Source: an uncultured Verrucomicrobiae bacterium (GTDB lineage Bacteria; Verrucomicrobiota; Verrucomicrobiia; Limisphaerales; JAFGQR01). Taken from it: a DNA stretch of 64,000 nt. The notes beneath the pieces were generated by a model. It was given only the letters and a program-made list of their open reading frames with translations, had not been told where the DNA came from and did no database searches. Positions 44,058-53,129 of the stretch are shown piece by piece. The position numbers and the translations under genes are program-made. Every line of letters begins with the position of its first letter. Position 1 is the first letter of the stretch. The DNA is taken from assembly GCA_963788655.1 (NCBI GenBank), contig CAWBHS010000060.1, forward strand, positions 96,001 to 160,000, in the 5' to 3' direction.

Positions 44058-44095
44058 CAAAATAAAATAGGGGCAACCGTAAGGTTGCTCCCTCG
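44058..44095 (-). terminator. Intrinsic terminator of ilvC
   Basis: aaaataaaata-ggggcaacc-gtaa-ggttgctcc hairpin with A-rich flank just past the ilvC stop. Confidence 0.65.
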
Positions 44096-44113
44096 AAAAC
44101 GTAAATCGGCCGA

Positions 44114-45214
44114 TTAATTGGACTTCCGTCCCGCCACACCGGCGGTCGCCTTGGAAATCTGCCGTCCGATTTCCTTCGGACGCAACGCCCGCACCGCCTT
44201 ACCTGCCTGCCACATCTCGGAATCGCCGATTTGGCTCAATTCCTTGGTCAATTGCTCCTGATAATTGGCCTTGCCACAGGCTGACAACACCCGCGCACAT
44301 TCCTGGCCGGTCTTGACCCGTTGGTAAAGTTCTTTGAACACCGGTAGAACGGCTTTCTTAAACTTGGGTTTCCAATCCAACGCTCCCCGTTGGGCGGTGG
44401 CGGAGCAATTGGCATACATCCAGTCCATGCCGTTTTCGTCCACGAGGCGAATCAGACTCTGGGTCAACTCCTCGACCGTTTCGTTGAACGCCTCGCTGGG
44501 CGAATGGCCGTTGGCGCGCAACACGTCGTATTGCGCTTCCATGATGCCCGCCAAGGCGCCCATCAGCACGCCGCGTTCGCCGGTCAAATCACTGAACACT
44601 TCATGTTCGAATGTTGTGGGGAACAAGTAGCCCGACCCGATGCCAATGCCGACCGCCAGGCAGCGTTCTTCGGCGCGACCAGTGGCATCTTGGAACACCG
44701 CAAAACTGGAGTTAATGCCCGCCCCGGATAGAAAGTTGCGGCGGACCGAAGTACCGGAGCCTTTCGGAGCCACCATGATAACGTCCATCTCGGCGGGCGG
44801 AACGACCTTGGTGCGGTCGTGGTAGGCGATGGAAAAACCGTGCGAAAAATAAAGCGCATCACCCGGCTTGAGGTTCTTCTTGATCATTGGCCAGACCGTC
44901 CGTTGGGCGGCATCCGATACCAGCATTTGGATGATCGTGCCCCGCTGCACGGCCTCTTCGATATCGAACAATGTCTTGCCCGGCACCCAGCCGTCTTTGC
45001 GGGCGCGGTCCCAGTCCTTCTTGAATTTACGAGCCTGACCGACAATGACCTTAAAGCCGTTGTCGCGCAGGTTCAGCGACTGCGCCGGCCCCTGAACGCC
45101 GTAGCCAATGATGGCAATGGTTTCGTTCTTGAGCACTTTGCGCGCTTTGGACATGGGGAATTCCTTGCGCGTAATGACTGTTTCTTTTGTTCCACCAAAA
45201 TCAATGGTTGCCAT
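44114..45214 (-). CDS. ilvC: Ketol-acid reductoisomerase
   Basis: IAIIGYGVQGPAQSLNLRDNG, ALYFSHGF, VAPKGSG, SDLTGERGVLMG, AFNETVEE, NCSATAQRGALDW; start MATIDFGG. Confidence 0.96.
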   Translation of the reverse strand: MATIDFGGTKETVITRKEFPMSKARKVLKNETIAIIGYGVQGPAQSLNLRDNGFKVIVGQARKFKKDWDRARKDGWVPGKTLFDIEEAVQRGTIIQMLVSDAAQRTVWPMIKKNLKPGDALYFSHGFSIAYHDRTKVVPPAEMDVIMVAPKGSGTSVRRNFLSGAGINSSFAVFQDATGRAEERCLAVGIGIGSGYLFPTTFEHEVFSDLTGERGVLMGALAGIMEAQYDVLRANGHSPSEAFNETVEELTQSLIRLVDENGMDWMYANCSATAQRGALDWKPKFKKAVLPVFKELYQRVKTGQECARVLSACGKANYQEQLTKELSQIGDSEMWQAGKAVRALRPKEIGRQISKATAGVAGRKSN

Positions 45215-45405
45215 GTAACTTTCTTGTTCTGTAGGGCCGTCAGCCACCAAAGCTGCCGGCACTGTTGCTTGTGTTTTGTTGCTTGTCTCGAACCAACGGT
45301 CGGCGAACAGGCCGCCGCATCCTACTGGCCCTCCCGTGCCCGTCAAACCCGAAACCGTAGGTGCGAGGTTTATGATTCGCGAGCGTTTCCGCCCACCTTT
45401 CAATC

Positions 45406-45879
45406 TTATTTCCGCGGCAAAGCAATCTTGCCCGTCCGCGTCAGGTCCACGACCCCATAGTTCATCATGAGTTCGATGAACTTCTCCACCTTGCTCTCGT
45501 TGCCGGTGATTTCAATCGTGACGTTTTTCGGCTGCACATCCACAATCTTGGCGCGAAAAATATCGGTGATCTGCATCACTTCCGCCCGAGTCTTGGCGTC
45601 CACCTTCACTTTGACCAGCACCAATTCGCGGTCCACGTACTCGTCGTCGCGAAAATCCAGGACCGTCAGCACTTCCACCAGCTTGTTCAGTTGCTTGACG
45701 ACCTGCTCCAAGGTCGCGTCATCGCCCCGGGTGACGATGGTCATCCGGGAAATCGTCGGTTCCTGCGTTGGCCCTACGTTGAGCGTGTCAATGTTGTAGC
45801 CCCGTCCGCTGAACATGCCCGCCACGCGCGTGAGCACCCCGAACTTGTTTTCCACCAAAACTGAGATTGTGTGTCGCAT
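45406..45879 (-). CDS. ilvN: Acetolactate synthase small (regulatory) subunit
   Basis: MRHTISVLVENKFGVLTRVAGMFSGRGYNIDTLNV...KQLNKLVEV...RELVLVKV. Confidence 0.96.
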   Translation of the reverse strand: MRHTISVLVENKFGVLTRVAGMFSGRGYNIDTLNVGPTQEPTISRMTIVTRGDDATLEQVVKQLNKLVEVLTVLDFRDDEYVDRELVLVKVKVDAKTRAEVMQITDIFRAKIVDVQPKNVTIEITGNESKVEKFIELMMNYGVVDLTRTGKIALPRK

Positions 45880-46248
45880 AAACTCTGCCGATCAACGGCG
45901 GCGCAACCTAGCAACCCCCGGCCCACAGGGTCAATGCGCAATTTCTGATGCGGATAGCTCTGAAGTCGAATCAAGCGAGTGATATGGCGGATGGCTTTAT
46001 AAAGACGGCGATTCAATTTGGTTAGGAATGTTGGATAAGTGTGAGCGCGGCCGCACGCTGACGCTGAGCACAGGCGTGTCGCTTGCGGATTTGCCGGAGG
46101 TCTTGCTGTTACGGACACGGGCAAAGGGACGCCTTCCGACCTCGGCGCCAACGACTGGCCAAGGCGCAAAGAGAATTGCTCCAGGCCGAAGTATGCGGCA
46201 TAAATACGGACTGTTGAAATTGTAAACGATTTAGCAGCACGCACCCGC

Positions 46249-47073
46249 ATGCCCAGAAAACGCAAAACTAGTTCCGGCGGCCGCTGGATTACCGTTGCCG
46301 CCATTCTGTTTGTGGCCGCCGTCGTTGGCGCCGTTATCCTGGCACTCAGTAAGACCAATCACGATTCATTTTCCGCCAATTCGCCGGGAGCGAAGGCGGC
46401 TCCACCAGCGGGAACGGTGGCAGAGTCTCTCCCCACCGAAAATCCGGCAACGGCCAAGGCAGACCCCATCCCAACGATGGAGATCAATCATGCAGTCATG
46501 GTTACGGTGGAATTGGACTTTGGCTCAAAGGTGCCAAGTATTGCCGAGGCGTTGAAATTCATTGAACGTCGGCAGCAACCGGACGACGGACGGGGGCGCG
46601 TGTTTGCCATTCTCGATGCCTACGGGGAACCCACGTCGGACGGCAAAAAACTGCATCTCTCGATGCACGTCAGCACGGAGAAGCCCGGACTCGGTTCGCT
46701 AGTCTTCCGCAAGACTGGCGAGGTGCTCTGGCAAAGCCGGGTGGTGCTGGGCACCAACGGCACGGTGTTCAGCGGCAAGAACCTGACCATTCTTTTGGAT
46801 GACGGTCACGGGCGAACAGTGATGGTGGACGGCTCCGGCAATCCTGCCACGCTGCTCAATGCGCATACGCGAGACACCGGCATGCTGGTGCGCGATTTCT
46901 GGCCCGACAACGCGGAACGGGAAGTCACGTTCATTTACAGCGCCTGCGGCTGTCCGGTGAAAGCCATGGTCCGCCGCATTGGCGAGCGCACGGTACGGAC
47001 CAAGGAACTTCCGGTGATGTTCCCGGACGATCCGGCCGCCATGGTGGTCATTTCGCGGTTGATGGGATGGTGA
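46249..47073 (+). CDS. Hypothetical membrane-anchored protein
   Basis: 274 aa ORF; basic N-terminus plus TM helix; C-terminal YSACGCPVK and MFPDDP. Confidence 0.7.
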   Translation: MPRKRKTSSGGRWITVAAILFVAAVVGAVILALSKTNHDSFSANSPGAKAAPPAGTVAESLPTENPATAKADPIPTMEINHAVMVTVELDFGSKVPSIAEALKFIERRQQPDDGRGRVFAILDAYGEPTSDGKKLHLSMHVSTEKPGLGSLVFRKTGEVLWQSRVVLGTNGTVFSGKNLTILLDDGHGRTVMVDGSGNPATLLNAHTRDTGMLVRDFWPDNAEREVTFIYSACGCPVKAMVRRIGERTVRTKELPVMFPDDPAAMVVISRLMGW

Positions 47074-47199
47074 TTGGGTCGGTTCACGAAGCCAGGAATG
47101 CTGGTACTGCGAGGTGGTGGTTTTTTAATCCACCAAACCGAATCTGCGCCAATGCGTTTAAGGCGCAAGCACTGAATTGTGAGCCACGCGGCCGCTTGA

Positions 47200-47302
47200 G
47201 AGCGTGTTTTGAAAGTCCGATAAACTGTAGCCACCGACGAGAGGAGGTGGATTTACCAGCGCCAAGTGACAAATAAGTCCACCTCCTAATTTCAGCGGCT
47301 GC
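47200..47302. repeat. Degenerate relative of the 6824-6955 element
   Basis: Left end gagcgtgttttgaaa followed by REP doublet gtagccaccgacgagaggaggtgga ... tccacctcctaatttcagcggctgc; right end not recognisable. Confidence 0.55.
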
Positions 47303-47401
47303 CCTTTTAGGTAAGCGCTAGGAGTGGTTGGCGAGGCGCCTACCACTGCGCCCCGAGGCGGGCGCGCTGCCCTCACAGTCATGAGTTGCAAGCGGCAAGG
47401 T

Positions 47402-47435
47402 AAAAAGAAAAAGCCGGCGCTTTCACGCCGGCTAT
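47402..47435 (-). terminator. Intrinsic terminator of the 47468-48052 gene
   Basis: aaaaagaaaa-agccggcg-ctttca-cgccggct. Confidence 0.7.
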
Positions 47436-47467
47436 CTCGACTAAACCTTTTTCAGTGAATTCGCCGG

Positions 47468-48052
47468 CTACTTGTCCTTCTTGCTCGGCTTCTTCTTGCT
47501 CGGCTTCTTCGGGGTCTTGACTTTCGGCGGCTTGGGCGGTTTGGGCGGTTTGAACTTCGAGGGTTTCTTTGAAGGCTTGTTCGGGGACAGCTTGCACGAG
47601 GCGATGCATGAGGTTCGGCTCGAGAACCCAAAGTCATCCACCAACAACATCCAACCTTTCCGGTCGAGCACCTCCTGATCCGGCAGCGCGATGCCTTCCC
47701 GCAGCAACAGCAGCACGTAATCCATCCCCTTCTTCGGTTTGCCCAGGTTGAAGAATTGCGCCAGCGATTCGGCTAAAACCTCTTTCGTCAACGCCGCATT
47801 CAGGTTCCAATGCTTTTGACTCTCCTTGGGGTCCATCTTTTGTTTCTTGGCCCACTTGACGTAGTCCTCGTCGGTCGAATTGGCGCTAAACAAACCGTCG
47901 TCGCCCGTCAACTGCGTCATCCATTTGATGTACTCTCTTTGGGTCATGGCCGGCAGCGACATGTCCGCATGCACCTTGACTGGAGTCGCCAGGAAACTGA
48001 AACATAATAGAAGTCCGAAGACCAACGGTGGGAAATACGACGATCTTTTCAT
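47468..48052 (-). CDS. Secreted hypothetical protein with a Lys/Pro-rich C-terminal tail
   Basis: Signal peptide ending VKVHA; tail SPNKPSKKPSKFKPPKPPKPPKVKTPKKPSKKKPSKKDK. Confidence 0.75.
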   Translation of the reverse strand: MKRSSYFPPLVFGLLLCFSFLATPVKVHADMSLPAMTQREYIKWMTQLTGDDGLFSANSTDEDYVKWAKKQKMDPKESQKHWNLNAALTKEVLAESLAQFFNLGKPKKGMDYVLLLLREGIALPDQEVLDRKGWMLLVDDFGFSSRTSCIASCKLSPNKPSKKPSKFKPPKPPKPPKVKTPKKPSKKKPSKKDK

Positions 48053-48391
48053 AAAACGTACAACAATCCGATTAGGGTTTAGCTTTAACTGATACGCGAC
48101 GACTCTGCTTGAGCCGCAATCATTTGTCAAGCAAATCCAACAGAATTGGGACTTCCCGTAATTGACCACACCCAACCATGATTTAACCACTGTCGAGGTA
48201 ATGTGCCGATTGTGATCACGATCATGACTATGCCGTAAGCGTCAGCAAATCAACGTGGTGCGAAATATCACGGGTTCTTTCCACCACCTCCAGCAATTCA
48301 TGAGCGCCGCCATAGCCTGCGAGGAGCGCAAGATAAATTCTGTCGAGCTGTGATTTTTCTTATGCCAAAGATTAACCGAGAGTCCAATTCG

Positions 48392-48970
48392 TCAAGCTTC
48401 GCCGAATTGTGGCGGATCGGGCTGTCGTCCTTGCTGCCAAAGCTGAAAGTAGTACAGCGCCACCATGACCAGCGAATGCTGAATCCGCCCCTGCGCCACC
48501 AAGTCTGGAATATCGGCAACTGGCACCAAGCGCGTCACCAAGTCTTCTGAATGATCGAACTGCACCGGGTGCTTCTAAACGGCAATTCTCCACCAAAACT
48601 GTGAAACAGGTGTTGCTCATGATGGCTGGATTCGGAAATACCTTTCCAAGAATCCGCGCGTTTTCTCCTGCGTAACCCGTCTCCTCGCGCAGTTCCCGGA
48701 TCCCGGTCGCCACGGGAGAGGTTTCGTGGGCATCCATCACCCCCCGGGAATTTCCAATTCCACCGTTTCGGTGCCATGACGAAACTGTTCAATCATGACC
48801 AGTTGCCGATCGGTGGTCACGGCAAGGACATTCACCCAGTCCACACAATCCAGCACGACAAATTCATGATCCTCGCCGGTGCGGGGCGAAACGCGTCGCT
48901 CGGAACGAATGCGAAACACACCGAAATCCGCATGCGACGCTGGACCACTTTTCTTCCAGGGACGAATCAT
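48392..48970 (-). CDS. NUDIX hydrolase (ADP-ribose pyrophosphatase-like); frameshifts at ~48740 (-1 in a G run) and ~48576 (+1)
   Basis: EQFRHG...ELEIPGG|VMDAHETSPVATGIRELREETGY Nudix box; restored C-terminus KHPVQFDHSEDLVTRLVP...QHSLVMVAL. Confidence 0.88.
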
Positions 48971-49049
48971 AAATTCAGGACAGCAGACCTCAATGCCCAT
49001 CCTCCCAGCAAGAGCATTTCAGATGTCGGTCGGTGATTGGGAAGGGAAG

Positions 49050-49244
49050 TCATCTTCCTTTCTCTTTCGCCGCCCAACCTTGCTGCATCAGCGATAGCAG
49101 ATGCGCCAAGGCTGCTTCATAGGACCGCCCCTTTGCTGCGGCGAGTTGCCGGGCGCGCTTGTCCAACTGCCGAGCCATTGGCTGTGCCTTCTCCGAAGGA
49201 CAGCCTAAATCCATCAGGACGGTGGCCAATTCTTGTGGTGTCAT
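49050..49244 (-). CDS. Small hypothetical protein
   Basis: 64 aa helical ORF MTPQELATVLMDLGCP...QLDKRARQLA, co-oriented with both neighbours. Confidence 0.6.
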   Translation of the reverse strand: MTPQELATVLMDLGCPSEKAQPMARQLDKRARQLAAAKGRSYEAALAHLLSLMQQGWAAKEKGR

Positions 49245-49497
49245 AACGCATCGGCATGCCAAGCACGCCGACCTTTGAAACAGATCGCAAGCCGCGAGGA
49301 AATCCTCTTGCTTCAATGCGTTAACGCTACCAGCTTTTTGCGTGTAGCACTGCCGCGCTGAAACCTTTGCCGAAACCATTTTCCTCCGGCGGGGCGTTAC
49401 GTCTCCCCACCGTCGTAAGGATTGGAAATGGCCTCGCCGATCCATGGATCCAAGCGAGGCCACCCAAAATACGCCAAACGTCGGCAAGCGCCGAACG

Positions 49498-50280
49498 TTA
49501 TTTAATCGAAGAACGCGGCACCAGTTTGATGCTCTTGATCTCGATGCGCACGGTAGGCTTGCTACGTTCGCCGGAAGCACTGGCCACCACCGGGGTATCG
49601 CCGATCTTGGTCAGGACATCGTCGCCTTTGATCACTTTGCCGAAAGCCGTGTATTTGTGATTGAGGAAGCTGGCGTCGCCCAGGCAGATGAAGAATTGCG
49701 ATCCGGCCGAATCAGGATCGGCGGAGCGGGCCATGGACAGAACGCCGCGTTGGTGGGGACGGTCATTGAATTCCGCCTTGATGGTGTATCCGGGACCGCC
49801 CGTGCCCCACATCGGCTCTTTGGTACGATCCTTCGTCAATGGATCACCACCCTGAATCATAAATCCTTTCATGATGCGGTGAAAGGCGGTGCCGTTGTAA
49901 AAGCCTTCTGAGGCCAATTTCTTAAAGTTCTCCACCGTTTTCGGGGCCACCTCGGGCCAAAACTCGACGACCATCTCGCCGTCCGTCGTTTCAATAATGG
50001 CTACTGTATTCGTGTCGTTGGTTTTCTCAGGCACTTTAGCTTCCTTATTCGTTTGTGGGATTGCTTGGTTCGTTTGGGTGGTGGATGGCTGGGCGGGCGG
50101 CGTCACGACCGGGGGAGCATTGGTCTTCGAAACCGCCGCGTTGGTAATTCCCGTTTCGGTTTTGGCCGTTGCGGTCGCTTCGGGTTCCGTGGGGGAACTC
50201 ACCTTGACCTGGCCACGATCACAGCCTGTTACGCAGACTATTGCCAATCCCAACAATCCAGACAACCAAATCATTTTCAT
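49498..50280 (-). CDS. Cyclophilin-type peptidyl-prolyl cis-trans isomerase, lipoprotein
   Basis: Lipobox VTGC; APKTVENF, FYNGTAFHRI, FMIQGGDP, LSMARSADPDSAGSQFFI, YTAFGKV. Confidence 0.95.
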   Translation of the reverse strand: MKMIWLSGLLGLAIVCVTGCDRGQVKVSSPTEPEATATAKTETGITNAAVSKTNAPPVVTPPAQPSTTQTNQAIPQTNKEAKVPEKTNDTNTVAIIETTDGEMVVEFWPEVAPKTVENFKKLASEGFYNGTAFHRIMKGFMIQGGDPLTKDRTKEPMWGTGGPGYTIKAEFNDRPHQRGVLSMARSADPDSAGSQFFICLGDASFLNHKYTAFGKVIKGDDVLTKIGDTPVVASASGERSKPTVRIEIKSIKLVPRSSIK

Positions 50281-50520
50281 ATTGGGCCAGTTTGCCAATG
50301 AGCTTTCCCAAAGTCACGTGTAGATTTTCTTACAATTTTGTAAGCCAGAACCCTGCGATGCCCCTCGTCCCCCCTCACCATTCTCAACTTCTCATTTCCA
50401 GGATTGCAAAGACGGGGTGTTTGCTTATGCTTTGAATCTTATCTGACGCTGCCCAGCAAAGCCGCTTCCCGGAGGTGGTGTCGCATAAGCCGTCCAAACC
50501 AGGCAACACATTGAAACGTT

Positions 50521-51540
50521 ATGAGTGAAAAAGCGAAGGCTGACAAAGCCGCCAAAGCCACAAAACCAAAAGAAACCGCGATGGCCCGCTGGATCGGCTA
50601 TCGTCCGGAAATCAAGGTATTGGATTGCACCATCCGTGACGGCGGATTGATGAACAACCACCAGTTCCCCGACGAGGTCGTCAAAGCGGTTTATGCAGCC
50701 TGTTTGGAGGCTGGCGTCGATTATATGGAAATCGGCTACAAAGCCAGCCGCAAAGGCATCGTGCGCGGCGAATATGGCGCGTGGAAGTATTGCCAGGAGG
50801 ACGATATCCGCCGTATCGTTGGCGAGAACAAGCCTGGCATGAAGCTTTCCGTCATGGCGGATGCAGGTAAATGCGATTATCAGGAAGACATTCCCTCCAA
50901 AGCCGAGAGCATTGTGGACATGGTGCGCGTGGCTACATACATCCACCAGATCCCCATTGCCCTCGACATGGTCAAAGACGCTCATGACAAAGGCTACGAA
51001 ACCACCGTCAACATTATGGCCGCGTCCATCGTTCCCGACCGGGAATTGAATGAGGGGCTCGAATTGTTGGCTGGCTCGGAAGCGCAGTCGATTTACGTGG
51101 TGGACAGCTTTGGGGCGTTATACAGCGAGCAAGTGCAGTTCCTGGTTAAAAAATACCTCAACTATTGCAAAGCCGCCGGCAAGGAAGTCGGTATTCACGC
51201 GCACAACAACATGCAACTGGCTTTCGCCAATACCATTGAGGCCATCGTTCTTGGTGCGAACATGCTGGACGCCACGTTTGCCGGGCTTGGACGGGGCGCC
51301 GGCAATTGCGCCTTGGAACTGCTGATCGGTTTCCTGCACAATCCCAAGTACAAACTCAAACCGATCCTGAAATGCGTGCAGGACCACATCGAACCGATGC
51401 GGCAGAAGCTGATGTGGGGTTTTGATCTGCCCTACATGTTGACCGGGCTGATCAATCAGCATCCGCGCGCCGCGATCAAATACAAAGCCCAGGAAGAACC
51501 CGGCGACATCATCAAGTTTTTCGACGCGATCTCGGAATGA
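50521..51540 (+). CDS. DRE-TIM/HMGL-like aldolase (4-hydroxy-2-oxovalerate aldolase-like)
   Basis: LDCTIRDGG, YVVDSFG, GIHAHNNMQLAFANT, GLGRGAGNC. Confidence 0.85.
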   Translation: MSEKAKADKAAKATKPKETAMARWIGYRPEIKVLDCTIRDGGLMNNHQFPDEVVKAVYAACLEAGVDYMEIGYKASRKGIVRGEYGAWKYCQEDDIRRIVGENKPGMKLSVMADAGKCDYQEDIPSKAESIVDMVRVATYIHQIPIALDMVKDAHDKGYETTVNIMAASIVPDRELNEGLELLAGSEAQSIYVVDSFGALYSEQVQFLVKKYLNYCKAAGKEVGIHAHNNMQLAFANTIEAIVLGANMLDATFAGLGRGAGNCALELLIGFLHNPKYKLKPILKCVQDHIEPMRQKLMWGFDLPYMLTGLINQHPRAAIKYKAQEEPGDIIKFFDAISE

Positions 51541-51547
51541 GCGCCGG

Positions 51548-53014
51548 CTAGTGCTGCACTCGTTGCTTAAACGATTCGTAATACCGTTTTTGGAATTCGC
51601 GAACCGCGGCCATGCTGGTTAGACACGAATCCCAATCCAGCTTGGGCTGCTCCTTGGCGTTGGCCGGAGGAGCGGGCATGGCTTTTCCTTTGTAACGTTT
51701 CGCCAGCTTCTGAAATTCACGTCCCCACTCCTTGACCGTGCCGTCCGCCGTCAACAAACCGGTTAGTTGCGTCACGTCGCGCGCTTCCGGATGATCGTAG
51801 AATCCCCAATTGAGCCACCCTGTGGCCCATCCGGCGGTGGTTTCGACTAAACGCCGGCACCACCGGGCTTGTTGCGTCTCGGTGGCTGCGGGATGCTGGC
51901 CATTGTTGATCGTAAGCTTTCCCCCACCGTACCAGCCAAACTCCGCCACCACGACGGGTTTGCCGCACTGGGCGACTTCGCGAACGATGCTTTCGAGATA
52001 AGCCAGGTTGCGGATTTCGCCTTCTTCGCTGGTGTAGTCGTAAAATCCCGTGGCCAACGGGTAAAAATGAATTTCCAGGAAATCAAGCATCGGGGCCTGA
52101 CGGGCGGGCCTAAACGCCGCGTAGTGCGACAAGCCCGGCAATATCGCCGGCACCGACCATTGAATAAATCCGACCGAGACCAACGCTTCTGGATCTGCGG
52201 CTTTGATGGCAGCCACTTGGCGGCGGCTCCATTCGTCGGCCAGATATTCCCGAAAATGTTGGTAATCGAGCAATCGCTGGTCACCAGGAGCGTCTTTGGC
52301 TGGCGGTGCCGAGATGTCCCCGAATGCGAGTGCCTTGGTGTCGCCCAATTCGCCAAGCTTCCAAGCCTCGCGCAGTTTCTGGACTGTGCCATACTTCTGT
52401 TGCAACCAACGATTCCACTTCTTGTGCATCGGCGCGCTGTCCCAGCGCACCGCCGGCTCATTCAACAGGTCGTACGCAAAAATGACCTGGCGCCCGCGAT
52501 AACGTGCAGCAAACAATCGCCAAAACTCCTCCAACGCGTTCAGCACCTTTTCGTCTGCCAACCGGTCTCCCCGTGCCCATTCCGGCGTGCCTTCCCAATG
52601 ATCCGGTCCCGTGGGATGCACGTAAATGCCTGCCGCCTCCGCCAGTTCGAGAAACCGATCGAACTTCGCCAATCCCACAGGCGACAATTCACCTGGTTGC
52701 TCATAAAACGAACCGAAGCTGAGGAACACACGCACGCAATTAACTCCGAGCGCCTTCAACCGGGCAAAATCCTGGCGCGTAGCGGTCGCATCAAATCGCT
52801 TCCACAACTGCGGCGCCCAACCCGTGCCAGGGCGAAAATAATTCACTCCGAAGGGCACAAAAGGAGTTCCGTCCGCGGTGACGAAAGTGCGTGCGTGCGG
52901 AGCGACTTTGATTTTCGGCAGTGAGTTGGCCGCCAGCGCAGACCCAACCCCGAAAGCGATTACTAGCGCCACTGACAACCGGCCAAAAGAGGAACCCAAT
53001 CGTTTGGAGCACAT
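51548..53014 (-). CDS. Secreted clan GH-A (GH5-like) glycoside hydrolase
   Basis: FVPFGVNY, LGVNCVRVF, AYDLLNEP (acid/base), EIHFYP, KPVVVAEFGW (nucleophile). Confidence 0.85.
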   Translation of the reverse strand: MCSKRLGSSFGRLSVALVIAFGVGSALAANSLPKIKVAPHARTFVTADGTPFVPFGVNYFRPGTGWAPQLWKRFDATATRQDFARLKALGVNCVRVFLSFGSFYEQPGELSPVGLAKFDRFLELAEAAGIYVHPTGPDHWEGTPEWARGDRLADEKVLNALEEFWRLFAARYRGRQVIFAYDLLNEPAVRWDSAPMHKKWNRWLQQKYGTVQKLREAWKLGELGDTKALAFGDISAPPAKDAPGDQRLLDYQHFREYLADEWSRRQVAAIKAADPEALVSVGFIQWSVPAILPGLSHYAAFRPARQAPMLDFLEIHFYPLATGFYDYTSEEGEIRNLAYLESIVREVAQCGKPVVVAEFGWYGGGKLTINNGQHPAATETQQARWCRRLVETTAGWATGWLNWGFYDHPEARDVTQLTGLLTADGTVKEWGREFQKLAKRYKGKAMPAPPANAKEQPKLDWDSCLTSMAAVREFQKRYYESFKQRVQH

Positions 53015-53129
53015 GGCGGCGAGAGTGCCAAACGTCCGATGGCTGCGGCAAGCGAAACCAAAAAGTCGCGACTATTTCGCTGGCCAAGCGGATGAATTTC
53101 ACGGCATTATTTCGAGTCAACACACAACA

